In this document: one piece after another, positions 38,425 to 56,800 of the stretch
Layout: every line of letters starts with the position of its first letter
Numbering within the stretch: the stretch's first letter is position 1
Translations under genes and position numbers: made by a program
From: Eledone cirrhosa
Taxonomy: Eukaryota
Assembly (NCBI GenBank): GCA_964016885.1
Contig: OZ024757.1
Span: forward strand, 13,516,001 to 13,580,000
Length of the DNA: 64,000 nucleotides
Direction: 5' to 3'
Notes under the pieces: model-generated
Seen by the model: the letters and a program-made list of their open reading frames with translations, nothing else
Databases searched by the model: none
What the model was told of the DNA's origin: nothing

Positions 38425-38762
38425 GATGGCTTAGTGGTTAGAGCATTGGCCTTGCAATCGAAAGGTTGTGAGTTCAATTCTCAGACCGGGTGATGTGTTG
38501 TTTCCTTGAGCAAGACACTTTATTTCACATTGCTCCAGTTTAATCAGCTGTAGAAATGAGATGATAGGACTGGGGTCCCTATCATTCCAATGCAAAGTGG
38601 TCGTGGAGGTGCCATGGCAAAAAAGCACCCAGCACTCACTGTAAATGAGGTTGGTGTTAGGAAGGGCATCCAGCTGTAGAAATCAAGCCAGAACCAGTTC
38701 CTGTCCCACCCTTGCAAGCAGGGAAAAGCGGACGTAAAAATGATGATGATGATGATGATGAT
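38425..38762 (+). mobile_element. tRNA-derived SINE with RTE-derived 3' tail (other copies 39485-39656 +, 57497-57766 +, 61355-61622 -, 62434-62935 -)
   Basis: TGGCTTAGTGG A box, GAGTTCAATTC B box, tail CCCACCCTTGCAAGCAGGGAAAAGCGGACGTAAAA(TGA)n. Confidence 0.88.
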
Positions 38763-38835
38763 TTACGTGTGTGTATGTATGCACACAAACACACACAGTG
38801 CATATCCTAGAAAGAAGTAGAATGAAACAACTCAC

Positions 38836-38908
38836 CAAATCATTGTATTCCAATACTTGTTTCCTTATCTTTGATGTATCTGTCCAGGTGAGGAAATCTT
38901 CCATATTT
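38836..38908 (-). CDS. IMP3: IMP3 exon ((R)NMEDFLTWTDTSKIRKQVLEYNDL)
   Basis: Acceptor tatatttcag, donor gtgagt; phase 2 to 0; matches IMP3 [23 protein letters not shown]. Confidence 0.95.
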
Positions 38909-39697
38909 CTGAAATATAAAGACAGAATAATTAACTCATGTCACAGACACAAGATGGTGGGGAAGAGAGAGTAAGAGATAATATGGGGAAGGGAGAAATA
39001 GCTGAGAGAGAGAGATGAGAAGAGAGGGGGAAAGAGAGAGATGAGAAGAGATAATGGGGTGAGAGAGAAATAGCTGAGAGATGAGAAGAGAGGGGGGGAT
39101 GAGGAGGAAAGAGAGAGTAATATAGGGGGGGGGAATAGCTGAGAGAAAGAGAGATGAGAAGAGAGGGGGATGAGGGGGCAAAAGAGAGTAAGAGATAATG
39201 GGGGGGGGGGGAGAAATAGCTGAGAGAGAGAGAGAGATGACATGAGAGGGGGAAAGAGAGAGATGAGGGGAGAGAGAGTGTAAGAGATAATGGGGGGGGG
39301 GGGGGGGATAGCTGAAGAAAGAGCGAGATGGGGAGAAAGAGAAATAGGAGGAAAGATTTTAGTTGCTTTTTACTCGGTATGCTCTAAACTCGATACACAC
39401 AGCTCCTATAAACATATCTCTCTCTTTCATTCATTCTCTCTCTCTCTTGCTTTCTTTCATTCTCTCTCTCTATATATATATCATTCCACTGTAAAGTGGA
39501 CGTGGAAGTGCCACGGAAAAAAGCACCCAGAATTCACTGTAAATGAGGTTGGTGTTAGGAAGGGCATCCAGCTGTAGAAATCAAGCCAGAATCAGTTCCC
39601 GTTCCACCCTAGCAAGCAGGGAAAAGCGGACGTAAAATGATGATGATGATGATGATCTCAAGTATGTGCGTGGCAGATATATTAAACTCTAGCTTAC

Positions 39698-39749
39698 CTT
39701 GTCAACAGAAAAGCTGGGTCTTTGGTAATTTCAGGACCAACTCTTACAT
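39698..39749 (-). CDS. IMP3: IMP3 exon ((H)VRVGPEITKDPAFLLT(R))
   Basis: Acceptor ttttccctacttag, donor gtaagc; phase 1 to 2; S4-like RNA-binding motif GHVRVGP. Confidence 0.95.
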
Positions 39750-39825
39750 CTAAGTAGGGAAAAGGTCAAGGAGATAACAACAGTTTCATAAGAAATAAGC
39801 CAAAGGCCTGACCTAACCCAGCAGG

Positions 39826-41812
39826 GTCACTCTCACCATCTATATACATCTAATTGGTCACTCTCACCATCTATATACATCTAATTGGTCACTCTCACCA
39901 TCTATATACATCTAATTGGTCACTCCACCATATATATACATCTCACTGGTCACTCTCACCATATATATACATCTCACTGGTCACTCTCACCATATATATA
40001 CATCTCACTGGTCACTCTCACCATATATATACATCTAACTGGTCACTCTCACCATATATATATATCTCACTGGTCACTCTCACCATATATATACATCTCA
40101 CTGGTCACTCTCACCATATATATATATCTCACTGCTCACTCTCACCATATATATACATCTCACTGGTCACTCTCACCATATATATATATCTCACTGGTCA
40201 CTCTCACCATATAGATATATATACATCTAACTGGTCACTCTCACCATATATATATATCTCACTGGTCACTCTCACCATATATATACATCTCACTGGTCAC
40301 TCTCACCATATATATACATCTCACTGGTCACTCTCACCATATATATATATATCTCACTGGTCACTCTCACCATATATATACATCTCACTGGTCACTCTCA
40401 CCATATATATATATCTCACTGGTCACTCTCACCATATATATACATCTCACTGGTCACTCTCACCATATATATACATCTCACTGGTCACTCTCACCATATA
40501 TATATACATCTCACTGGTCACTCTCACCATATATATATATATCTCACTGGTCACTCTCACCATATATATACATCTCACTGGTCACTCTCACCATATATAT
40601 ATATATCTCACTGGTCACTCTCACCATATATATACATCTCACTGGTCACTCTCACCATATATATACATCTCACTGGTCACTCTCACCATATATATATATA
40701 TCTCACTGGTCACTCACCATATATATACATCTCACTGGTCACTCTCACCATATATATACATCTCACTGGTCACTCTCACCATATATATATATCTCACTGG
40801 TCACTCTCACCATATATATACATCTCACTGGTCACTCTCACCATATATATATATCTCACTGGTCACTCTCACCATATAGATATATATACATCTAACTGGT
40901 CACTCTCACCATATATATATATCTCACTGGTCACTCTCACCATATATATATACATCTCACTGTTCACTCTCACCATATATATATATACATCTAACTGGTC
41001 ACTCTCACCATATATATATATATATATATACATCTCACTGGTCACTCTCACCATATATATACATCTCACTGGTCACTCTCACCATATATATACATTTCAC
41101 TGGTCACTCTCACCATATATATACATCTCACTGGTCACTCTCACCATATATATATACATCTCACTGGTCACTCTCACCATATATATATATCTCACTGGTC
41201 ACTCTCACCATATATATATACATTTCACTGGTCACTCTCACCATATATATACATCTCACTGGTCACTCTCACCATATATATATATACATTTCACTGGTCA
41301 CTCTCACCATATATATACATCTCACTGGTCACTCTCCATATATATATACATTTCACTGGTCACTCTCACCATATATATACATCTAATTGGTCACTCCACC
41401 ATATATATATATCTCACTGGTCACTCTCACCATATATATATATCTCACTGGTCACTCTCCATATATATATACATTTCACTGGTCACTCTCACCATATATA
41501 TACATCTAATTGGTCACTCCACCATATATATATATCTCACTGGTCACTCTCACCATATATATACATCTCACTGGTCACTCTCACCATATATATATATCTC
41601 ACTGGTCACTCTCACCATATAGATATATATACATCTCACTGGTCACTCACCATATATATATATCTCACTGGTCACTCTCACCATATATATACATCTCACT
41701 GGTCACTCTCACCATATATATATACATCTCACTGGTCACTCTCACCATATAGATATATATACATCTCACTGGTCACTCTCACCATCTATATACATCTCAC
41801 TGGTCACTCTCA

Positions 41813-41859
<47 letters not shown>

Positions 41860-44800
41860 TCACTGGTCACTCTCACCATATATATACATCTCACTGGTCA
41901 CTCTCACCATATATATATATCTCACTGGTCACTCTCACCATCTACATACATTTCACTGGTCACTCTCACCATATATATACATCTCACTGGTCACTCTCAC
42001 CATATATATAAACATCTCACTGGTCACTCTCACCATATATATATATATACTTCTCACTGGTCACTCTCACCATATATATACATCTCACTGGTCACTCTCA
42101 CCATATATATATATCTCACTGCTCACTCTCACCATATATATACATCTCACTGGTCACTCTCACCATATATATATATATCACTGGTCACTCTCACCATATA
42201 TATACATCTCACTGGTCACTCTCACCATATATATACATCTCACTGGTCACTCTCACCATATATATATATCTCACTGGTCACTCTCACCATATATATACAT
42301 CTCACTGGTCACTCTCACCATATATATACATCTCACTGGTCACTCTCACCATATATATATATCTCACTGGTCACTCTCACCATATATATACATCTCACTG
42401 GTCACTCTCACCATATATATATATCTCACTGGTCACTCTCACCATATATATACATCTCACTGCTCACTCTCACCATCTATATACATCTCACTGGTCACTC
42501 TCACCATATATATATACATCTCACTGGTCACTCTCACCATATATATATATATACATCTCACTGGTCACTCTCACCATATATATACATCTCACTGGTCACT
42601 CTCACCATATATATACATCTCACTGGTCACTCTCACCATCTATATACATCTCACTGGTCACTCTCACCATATATATATACATCTCACTGGTCACTCTCAC
42701 CATATATATATACATCTCACTGGTCAGTCTCACCATATATATATACATCTCACTGGTCACTCTCACCATCTATATATACATTTCACTTGTCACTCTCACC
42801 ATATATATACATCTCACTGGTCACTCTCACCATATATATATACATTTCACTGGTCACTCTCACCATATATATACATCTCACTGGTCACTCTCACCATATA
42901 TATACATCTCACTGGTCACTCTCACCATCTATATACATCTCACTGGTCACTCTCACCATATATATATACATCTCACTGGTCACTCTCACCATCTATATAT
43001 ACATCTCACTGGTCACTCTCACCATATATATATATACATCTAACTGGTCACTCTCACCATATATATATACATCTCACTGGTCACTCTCACCATCTATATA
43101 TACATCTCACTGGTCACTCTCACCATATATATATATCTCACTGGTCACTCTCCATATATATATACATTTCACTGGTCACTCTCACCATATATATACATCT
43201 AATTGGTCACTCCACCATATATATATATATCTCACTGGTCACTCTCACCATATATATATATCTCACTGCTCACTCTCACCATATATATACATCTCACTGG
43301 TCACTCTCACCATATATATATATCTCACTGGTCACTCTCACCATATATATACATCTCACTGGTCACTCTCACCATATATATACATCTCACTGGTCACTCT
43401 CACCATATAGATATATATACATCTCACTGGTCACTCTCACCATCTATATACATCTCACTGGTCACTCTCACCATATATATATATCTCACTGGTCACTCTC
43501 ACCATATATATACATTTCACTGGTCACTCTCACCATATATATACATCTCACTGGTCACTCTCACCATATATATATAGATTTCACTGGTCACTCTCACCAT
43601 ATATATACATCTCACTGGTCACTCTCACCATATATATATACATCTCACTGGTCACTCTCACCATATATATATATAAACATCTCACTGGTCACTCTCACCA
43701 TATATATACATCTCACTGGTCACTCACCATATATATATACATCTCACTGGTCACTCTCACCATATATATACATCTCACTGGTCACTCTCACCATATATAT
43801 ACATCTCACTGGTCACTCTCACCATCTATATACATCTCACTGGTCACTCTCACCATATATATATATCTCACTGGTCACTCTCACCATATAGATATATATA
43901 CATCTCACTGGTCACTCTCACCATATATATATATACTTCTCACTGGTCACTCTCACCATATATATACATTTCACTGGTCACTCTCACCATATATATATAT
44001 CTCACTGGTCACTCTCACCATATATATACATCTCACTGGTCACTCTCACCATATATATATATCTCACTGCTCACTCTCACCATATATATACATCTCACTG
44101 GTCACTCTCACCATATATATATATATACATCTCACTGGTCACTCTCACCATATATATACATCTCACTGGTCACTCTCACCATATATATATATATATATAT
44201 ATATCTCACTGGTCACTCTCACCATATATATACATCTCACTGGTCACTCTCACCATATATATACATCTCACTGGTCACTCTCACCATATATATATATCTC
44301 ACTGGTCACTCTCACCATATATATACATCTCACTGGTCACTCTCACCATATATATATATCTCACTGGTCACTCTCACCATATAGATATATATACATCTAA
44401 CTGGTCACTCTCACCATATATATACATCTCACTGGTCACTCTCACAATCTATATACATCTCACTGGTCACTCACCATATATATATACATCTCACTGGTCA
44501 CTCTCACCATCTATATATACATCTCACTGGTCACTCTCACCATATATATACATCTCACTGGTCACTCTCACCATATATATATACATCTCACTGGTCACTC
44601 TCACCATATATATATATATACATCTCACTGGTCACTCTCACCATATATATACATCTCACTGGTCACTCTCACCATCTATATACATCTCACTGGTCACTCA
44701 CCATATATATATACATCTCACTGGTCACTCTCACCATCTATATATACATCTCACTGGTCACTCTCACCATATATATATATACATCTAACTGGTCACTCTC

Positions 44801-47800
44801 ACCATATATATATATATATATATATACATCTCACTGGTCACTCTCACCATATATATACATCTCACTGGTCACTCTCACCATATATATACATCTAACTGGT
44901 CACTCTCACCATATATATATATCTCACTGGTCACTCTCACCATATATATACATCTCACTGGTCACTCTCACCATATATATACATCTCACTGGTCACTCTC
45001 ACCATATATATACATCTCACTGGTCACTCTCACCATATATATACATCTAACTGGTCACTCTCACCATATATATACATCTCACTGCTCACTCTCACCATCT
45101 ATATACATCTCACTGGTCACTCTCACCATATATATATACATCTCACTGGTCACTCTCACCATATATATATATATACATCACACTGGTCACTCTCACCATA
45201 TATATACATCTCACTGGTCACTCTCACCATATATATACATCTCACTGGTCACTCTCACCATCTATATACATCTCACTGGTCACTCTCACCATATATATAT
45301 ACATCCCACCCGGTCACTCTCACCATATATATATACATCTAACTGGTCACTCTCACCATATATATATATATATATATACATCTCACTGGTCACTCTCACC
45401 ATATATATACATCTCACTGGTCACTGTCACCATATATATACATTTCACTGGTCACTCTCACCATATATATACATCTCACTGGTCACTCACCATATATATA
45501 TACATTTCACTGGTCACTCTCACCATATATATACATCTCACTGGTCACTCTCACCATATATATATACATCTCACTGGTCACTCTCACCATATATATATAT
45601 ATACATCACACTGGTCACTCTCACCATATATATATACATCTCACTGGTCACTCTCACCATCTATATATACATTTCACTGGTCACTCTCACCATATATATA
45701 CATCTCACTGGTCACTCTCACCATATATATATACATTTCACTGGTCACTCTCACCATATATATACATCTCACTGGTCACTCTCACCATATATATACATCT
45801 CACTGGTCACTCTCACCATCTATATACATCTCACTGGTCACTCTCACCATATATATATACATCTCACTGGTCACTCTCACCATCTATATATACATCTCAC
45901 TGGTCACTCTCACCATATATATATATATATACATCTAACTGGTCACTCTCACCATATATATATACATCTCACTGGTCACTCTCACCATCTATATATACAT
46001 CTCACTGGTCACTCTCACCATATATATATATCTCACTGGTCACTCTCCATATATATATACATTTCACTGGTCACTCTCACCATATATATACATCTAATTG
46101 GTCACTCCACCATATATATACATCTCACTGGTCACTCTCACCATATATATACATCTCACTGGTCACTCTCACCATATATATATACATCTCACTGGTCACT
46201 CTCACCATATAGATATATATACATCTCACTGGTCACTCTCACCATATAGATATATATACATCTCACTGGTCACTCTCACCATATATATATATCTCACTGG
46301 TCACTCTCACCATATATATACATCTCACTGGTCACTCTCACCATATATATATACATCTCACTGGTCACTCTCACCATATAGATATATATACATCTCACTG
46401 GTCACTCTCACCATCTATATACATCTCACTGGTCACTCTCACCATATATATATATCTCACTGGTCACTCTCACCATATATATACATTTCACTGGTCACTC
46501 TCACCATATATATACATCTCACTGGTCACTCTCACCATATATATATACATTTCACTGGTCACTCTCACCATATATATATATCTCACTGGTCACTCTCACC
46601 ATATAGATATATATACATCTCACTGGTCACTCTCACCATATATATATATACTTCTCACTGGTCACTCTCACCATATATATACATTTCACTGGTCACTCTC
46701 ACCATATATATACATCTCACTGGTCACTCTCACCATATATATATATCTCACTGCTCACTCTCACCATATATATACATCTCACTGGTCACTCTCACCATAT
46801 ATATATATCTCACTGGTCACTCTCACCATATATATACATCTCACTGGTCACTCTCACCATATATATATATCTCACTGCTCACTCTCACCATATATATACA
46901 TCTCACTGGTCACTCTCACCATATATATATATCTCACTGGTCACTCTCACCATATATATACATCTCACTGGTCACTCTCACCATATATATACATCTCACT
47001 GGTCACTCTCACCATATATATATACATCTCACTGGTCACTCTCACCATATATATATATATACATCTCACTGGTCACTCTCACCATATATATACATCTCAC
47101 TGGTCACTCTCACCATCTATATACATCTCACTGGTCACTCTCACCATATATATATACATCTCACTGGTCACTCTCACCATCTATATATATACATCTAACT
47201 GGTCACTCTCACCATATATATATATATATATATATACATCTCACTGGTCACTCTCACCATATATATACATCTCACTGGTCACTCTCACCATATATATATA
47301 TACATCTAACTGGTCACTCTCACCATATATATATATATATATATATACATCTCACTGGTCACTCTCACCATATATATACATCTCACTGGTCACTCTCACC
47401 ATATATATACATCTCACTGGTCACTCTCACCATATATATACATCTCACTGGTCACTCTCACCATATATATACATTTCACTGGTCACTCTCACCATATATA
47501 TACATCTCACTGGTCACTCACCATATATATATACATTTCACTGGTCACTCTCACCATATATATACATCTCACTGGTCACTCTCACCATATATATATATCT
47601 CACTGGTCACTCTCCATATATATATACATTTCACTGGTCACTCTCACCATATATATACATCTCACTGGTCACTCTCACCATATATATATATCTCACTGCT
47701 CACTCTCACCATATATATACATCTCACTGGTCACTCTCACCATATTTATATATCTCACTGGTCACTCTCACCATATATATACATCTCACTGGTCACTCTC

Positions 47801-50800
47801 ACCATATATATATACATCTCACTGGTCACTCTCACCATATATATACATCTCACTGGTCACTCTCACCATCTATATATACATCTCACTGGTCACTCTCACC
47901 ATATATATACATCTCACTGGTCACTCTCACCATATATATATACATCTCACTGGTCACTCTCACCATATATATATATATACATCTCACTGGTCACTCTCAC
48001 CATCTATATACATCTCACTGGTCACTCTCACCATATATATACATCTCACTGGTCACTCTCACCATCTATATACATCTCACTGGTCACTCTCACCATATAT
48101 ATATATATACATCTCACTGGTCACTCTCACCATATATATACATCTCACTGGTCACTCTCACCATCTATATATACATCTCACTGGTCACTCTCACCATATA
48201 TATATATATATATATACATCTCACTGGTCACTCTCACCATATATATACATCTCACTGGTCACTCTCACCATATATATACATCTCACTGGTCACTCTCACC
48301 ATATATATACATCTCACTGGTCACTCTCACCATATATATACATTTCACTGGTCACTCTCACCATATATATACATCTCACTGGTCACTCACCATATATATA
48401 TACATTTCACTGGTCACTCTCACCATATATATACATCTCACTGGTCACTCTCACCATATATATACATCTCACTGGTCACTCTCACCATATATATATATCT
48501 CACTGGTCACTCTCCATATATATATACATTTCACTGGTCACTCTCACCATATATATACATCTCACTGGTCACTCTCACCATATATATATATATACATCTC
48601 ACTGGTCACTCTCACCATATATATACATCTCACTGGTCACTCTCACCATATTTATATATCTCACTGGTCATTCTCACCATATATATACATCTCACTGGTC
48701 ACTCTCACCATATATATATACATCTCACTGGTCACTCTCACCATATATATACATCTCACTGGTCACTCTCACCATATATATATACATCTCACTGGTCACT
48801 CTCACCATATATATACATCTCACTGGTCACTCTCACCATATATATACATCTCACTGGTCACTCTCACCATATATATATATACATCTAACTGGTCACTCTC
48901 ACCATATATATATATATATATATACATCTCACTGGTCACTCTCACCATATATATACATCTCACTGGTCACTCTCACCATATATATACATCTCACTGGTCA
49001 CTCTCACCATATATATATATCTCACTGGTCACTCTCACCATATATATATACATCTCACTGGTCACTCTCACCATATAGATATATATACATCTCACTGGTC
49101 ACTCTCACCATATATATATATCTCACTGGTCACTCTCACCATATATATACATCTCACTGGTCACTCTCACCATATATATATACATCTCACTGGTCACTCT
49201 CACCATATAGATATATATACATCTCACTGGTCACTCTCACCATCTATATACATCTCACTGGTCACTCTCACCATATATATATACATCTCACTGGTCACTC
49301 TCACCATATATATACATCTCACTGGTCACTCTCACCATATATATACATTTCACTGGTCACTCTCACCATATATATACATCTCACTGGTCACTCTCACCAT
49401 ATATATATACATTTCACTGGTCACTCTCACCATATATATACATCTCACTGGTCACTCTCACCATATATATATACATCTCACTGGTCACTCTCACCATATA
49501 TATATATAAACATCTCACTGGTGACTCTCACCATATATATATATATATATATACATCTCACTATATATACATCTCACTGGTCACTCTCACCATATATATA
49601 CATCTCACTGGTCACTCTCACCATATATATACATCTCACTGGTCACTCTCACCATATATATACATCTCACTGGTCACTCTCACCATATATATATATCTCA
49701 CTGGTCACTCTCACCATATATATACATCTCACTGGTCACTCTCACCATATATATATATCTCACTGGTCACTCTCACCATATATATACATCTCACTGGTCA
49801 CTCTCACCATATATATATATATCTCACTGGTCACTCTCACCATATATATACATCTCACTGGTCACTCACCATATATATATATCTCACTGCTCACTCTCAC
49901 CATATATATACATCTCACTGGTCACTCTCACCATATATATATATCTCACTGGTCACTCTCACCATATATATACATCTCACTGGTCACTCTCACCATATAT
50001 ACACATCTCACTGGTCACTCTCACCATATATATATATATCTCACTGGTCACTCTCACCATATATATACATCTCACTGGTCACTCTCACCATATATATATA
50101 TCTCACTGGTCACTCTCACCATATAGATATATATACATCTAACTGGTCACTCTCACCATATATATACATCTCACTGGTCACTCACCATATATATATATAT
50201 ACATCTAACTGGTCACTCTCACCATATATATATATATATATATACATCTCACTGGTCACTCTCACCATATATATACATCTCACTGGTCACTGTCACCATA
50301 TATATATATCTCACTGGTCACTCTCACCATATATATACATCTCACTGGTCACTCTCACCATATATATACATCTCACTGGTCACTGTCACCATATATATAT
50401 ATCTCACTGGTCACTCTCACCATATATATACATTTCACTGGTCACTCTCACCATATATATACATCTCACTGGTCACTCACCATATATATATACATTTCAC
50501 TGGTCACTCTCACCATATATATACATCTCACTGGTCACTCTCACCATATATATATACATCTCACTGGTCACTCTCACCATATATATATATATACATCACA
50601 CTGGTCACTCTCACCATATATATATACATCTCACTGGTCACTCTCACCATCTATATATACATTTCACTGGTCACTCTCACCATATATATACATCTCACTG
50701 GTCACTCTCACCATATATATATACATTTCACTGGTCACTCTCACCATATATATATATCTCACTGGTCACTCTCACCATATATATACATCTCACTGGTCAC

Positions 50801-53800
50801 TCTCACCATCTATATACATCTCACTGGTCACTCTCACCATCTATATACATCTCACTGGTCACTCTCACCATATATATATACATCTCACTGGTCACTCTCA
50901 CCATCTATATATACATCTCACTGGTCACTCTCACCATATATATACATCTCACTGGTCACTCTCACCATATATATATACATCTCACTGGTCACTCTCACCA
51001 TCTATATATACATCTCACTGGTCACTCTCACCATATATATATATCTCACTGGTCACTCTCCATATATATATACATTTCACTGGTCACTCTCACCATATAT
51101 ATACATCTAATTGGTCACTCCACCATATATATACATCTCACTGGTCACTCTCACCATATATATACATCTCACTGGTCACTCTCACCATATATATATACAT
51201 CTCACTGGTCACTCTCACCATATATATATACATTTCACTGGTCACTCTCACCATATATATACATCTCACTGGTCACTCTCACCATATATATATACATTTC
51301 ACTGGTCACTCTCACCATATATATACATCTCACTGGTCACTCTCACCATATATATACATCTCACTGGTCACTCTCACCATATATATATATCTCACTGGTC
51401 ACTCTCACCATATATATACATCTCACTGGTCACTCTCACCATATATATATACATCTCACTGGTCACTCTCACCATATAGATATATATACATCTCACTGGT
51501 CACTCTCACCATCTATATACATCTCACTGGTCACTCTCACCATATATATATATCTCACTGGTCACTCTCACCATATATATACATTTCACTGGTCACTCTC
51601 ACCATATATATACATCTCACTGGTCACTCACCATATATATATACATTTCACTGGTCACTCTCACCATATATATACATCTCACTGGTCACTCTCACCATAT
51701 ATATACATCTCACTGGTCACTCTCACCATATATATATATCTCACTGGTCACTCTCCATATATATATACATTTCACTGGTCACTCTCACCATATATATATA
51801 TCTCACTGGTCACTCTCACCATATATATACATCTCACTGGTCACTCTCACCATATATATATATCTCACTGCTCACTCTCACCATATATATACATCTCACT
51901 GGTCACTCTCACCATATTTATATATCTCACTGGTCACTCTCACCATATATATACATCTCACTGGTCACTCTCACCATATATATATATCTCACTGCTCACT
52001 CTCACCATATATATACATCTCACTGGTCACTCTCACCATATTTATATATCTCACTGGTCACTCTCACCATATATATACATCTCACTGGTCACTCTCACCA
52101 TATATATATACATCTCACTGGTCACTCTCACCATATATATACATCTCACTGGTCACTCTCACCATCTATATATACATCTCACTGGTCACTCTCACCATAT
52201 ATATACATCTCACTGGTCACTCTCACCATATATATATACATCTCACTGGTCACTCTCACCATATATATATATATACATCTCACTGGTCACTCTCACCATA
52301 TATATACATCTCACTGGTCACTCTCACCATCTATATACATCTCACTGGTCACTCTCACCATATATATATACATCTCACTGGTCACTCTCACCATCTATAT
52401 ATACATCTCACTGGTCACTCTCACCATATATATATATACATCTAACTGGTCACTCTCACCATATATATATATATATATATATACATCTCACTGGTCACTC
52501 TCACCATATATATACATCTCACTGGTCACTCTCACCATATATATACATCTCACTGGTCACTCTCACCATATATATACATCTCACTGGTCACTCTCACCAT
52601 ATATATACATTTCACTGGTCACTCTCACCATATATATACATCTCACTGGTCACTCACCATATATATATACATTTCACTGGTCACTCTCACCATATATATA
52701 CATCTCACTGGTCACTCTCACCATATATATACATCTCACTGGTCACTCTCACCATATATATATATCTCACTGGTCACTCTCCATATATATATACATTTCA
52801 CTGGTCACTCTCACCATATATATACATCTCACTGGTCACTCTCACCATATATATATATATACATCTCACTGGTCACTCTCACCATATATATACATCTCAC
52901 TGGTCACTCTCACCATATTTATATATCTCACTGGTCATTCTCACCATATATATACATCTCACTGGTCACTCTCACCATATATATATACATCTCACTGGTC
53001 ACTCTCACCATATATATACATCTCACTGGTCACTCTCACCATATATATATACATCTCACTGGTCACTCTCACCATATATATACATCTCACTGGTCACTCT
53101 CACCATATATATACATCTCACTGGTCACTCTCACCATATATATATATACATCTAACTGGTCACTCTCACCATATATATATATATATATATACATCTCACT
53201 GGTCACTCTCACCATATATATACATCTCACTGGTCACTCTCACCATATATATACATCTCACTGGTCACTCTCACCATATATATATATCTCACTGGTCACT
53301 CTCACCATATATATATACATCTCACTGGTCACTCTCACCATATAGATATATATACATCTCACTGGTCACTCTCACCATATATATATATCTCACTGGTCAC
53401 TCTCACCATATATATACATCTCACTGGTCACTCTCACCATATATATATACATCTCACTGGTCACTCTCACCATATAGATATATATACATCTCACTGGTCA
53501 CTCTCACCATCTATATACATCTCACTGGTCACTCTCACCATATATATATACATCTCACTGGTCACTCTCACCATATATATACATCTCACTGGTCACTCTC
53601 ACCATATATATACATTTCACTGGTCACTCTCACCATATATATACATCTCACTGGTCACTCTCACCATATATATATACATTTCACTGGTCACTCTCACCAT
53701 ATATATACATCTCACTGGTCACTCTCACCATATATATATACATCTCACTGGTCACTCTCACCATATATATATATAAACATCTCACTGGTGACTCTCACCA

Positions 53801-56800
53801 TATATATATATATATATATACATCTCACTATATATACATCTCACTGGTCACTCTCACCATATATATACATCTCACTGGTCACTCTCACCATATATATACA
53901 TCTCACTGGTCACTCTCACAATCTATATACATCTCACTGGTCACTCTCACCATATATATATATCTCACTGGTCACTCTCACCATATATATATATCTCACT
54001 GGTCACTCTCACCATATAGATATCTATACATCTCACTGGTCACTCTCACCATATATATATATACTTCTCACTGGTCACTCTCACCATATATATACATCTC
54101 ACTGGTCACTCTCACCATATATATATATCTCACTGCTCACTCTCACCATATATATACATCTCACTGGTCACTCTCACCATATATATATATCTCACTGGTC
54201 ACTCTCACCATATATATACATCTCACTGGTCACTCTCACCATATATATATATCTCACTGGTCACTCTCACCATATATATACATCTCACTGGTCACTCTCA
54301 CCATATATATATATATCTCACTGGTCACTCTCACCATATATATATATCTCACTGGTCACTCACCATATATATATATCTCACTGCTCACTCTCACCATATA
54401 TATACATCTCACTGGTCACTCTCACCATATATATATATCTCACTGGTCACTCTCACCATATATATACATCTCACTGGTCACTCTCACCATATATACACAT
54501 CTCACTGGTCACTCTCACCATATATATATATATCTCACTGGTCACTCTCACCATATATATACATCTCACTGGTCACTCTCACCATATATATATATCTCAC
54601 TGGTCACTCTCACCATATAGATATATATCTCACTGGTCACTCTCACCATATATATACATCTCACTGGTCACTCTCACCATATATATACATCTCACTGGTC
54701 ACTCACCATATATATATATATACATCTAACTGGTCACTCTCACCATATATATATACATCTCACTGGTCACTCTCACCATATATATATACATCTCACTGGT
54801 CACTCTCACCATCTATATATATCTCACTGGTCACTCTCACCATATATATACATCTCACTGGTCACTCTCACCATATATATATACATCTCACTGGTCACTC
54901 TCACCATCTATATATATCTCACTGGTCACTCTCACCATATATATACATCTCACTGGTCACTCTCACCATATATATATATCTCACTGGTCACTCTCACCAT
55001 ATATATACATCTCACTGCTCACTCTCACCATCTATATACATCTCACTGGTCACTCACCATATATATATACATCTCACTGGTCACTCTCACCATCTATATA
55101 TACATCTCACTGGTCACTCTCACCATATATATATATACATCTAACTGGTCACTCTCACCATATATATATATATATATCTCACTGGTCACTCTCACCATAT
55201 ATATACATCTCACTGCTCACTCTCACCATCTATATACATCTCACTGGTCACTCACCATATATATATACATCTCACTGGTCACTCTCACCATCTATATATA
55301 CATCTCACTGGTCACTCTCACCATATATATATATACATCTCACTGGTCACTCTCACCATATATATATATACATCTAACTGGTCACTCTCACCATATATAT
55401 ATATATATATCTCACTGGTCACTCTCACCATATATATACATCTCACTGCTCACTCTCACCATCTATATACATCTCACTGGTCACTCACCATATATATATA
55501 CATCTCACTGGTCACTCTCACCATCTATATATACATCTCACTGGTCACTCTCACCATATATATATATACATCTCACTGGTCACTCTCACCATATATATAT
55601 ATCTCACTGGTCACTCTCACCATCTATATACATCTCACTGGTCACTCTCACCATATATATACATCTCACTGGTCACTCTCACCATATATATATATATCTC
55701 ACTGGTCACTCTCACCATCTATATACATCTCACTGGTCACTCTCACCATATATATATACATCTCACTGGTCACTCTCACCATCTATATATACATCTCACT
55801 GGTCACTCTCACCATATATATATATACATCTAACTGGTCACTCTCACCATATATATATATATATATATACATCTCACTGGTCACTCTCACCATATATATA
55901 CATCTCACTGGTCACTCTCACCATATATATACATTTCACTGGTCACTCTCACCATATATATACATCTCACTGGTCACTCACCATATATATATACATTTCA
56001 CTGGTCACTCTCACCATATATATACATCTCACTGGTCACTCTCACCATATATATACATCTCACTGGTCACTCTCACCATATATATATATCTCACTGGTCA
56101 CTCTCCATATATATATACATTTCACTGGTCACTCTCACCATATATATACTTCTCACTGGTCACTCTCACCATATATATACATCTCACTGGTCACTCTCAC
56201 CATATTTATATATCTCACTGGTCACTCTCACCATATATATACATCTCACTGGTCACTCTCACCATATATATATACATCTCACTGGTCACTCTCCATATAT
56301 ATATACATTTCACTGGTCACTCTCACCATATATATACATCTCACTGGTCACTCTCACCATATATATACATCTCACTGGTCACTCTCACCATATATATATA
56401 TCTCACTGGTCACTCTCCATATATATATACATTTCACTGGTCACTCTCACCATATATATACTTCTCACTGGTCACTCTCACCATATATATACATCTCACT
56501 GGTCACTCTCACCATATTTATATATCTCACTGGTCACTCTCACCATATATATACATCTCACTGGTCACTCTCACCATATATATATACATCTCACTGGTCA
56601 CTCTCACCATATATATACATCTCACTGGTCACTCTCACTATATATATATACATCTCACTGGTCACTCTCACCATATATATATATATACATCTCACTGGTC
56701 ACTCTCACCATATATATACATCTCACTGGTCACTCTCACCATCTATATATACATCTCACTGGTCACTCTCACCATATATATATACATCTCACTGGTCACT

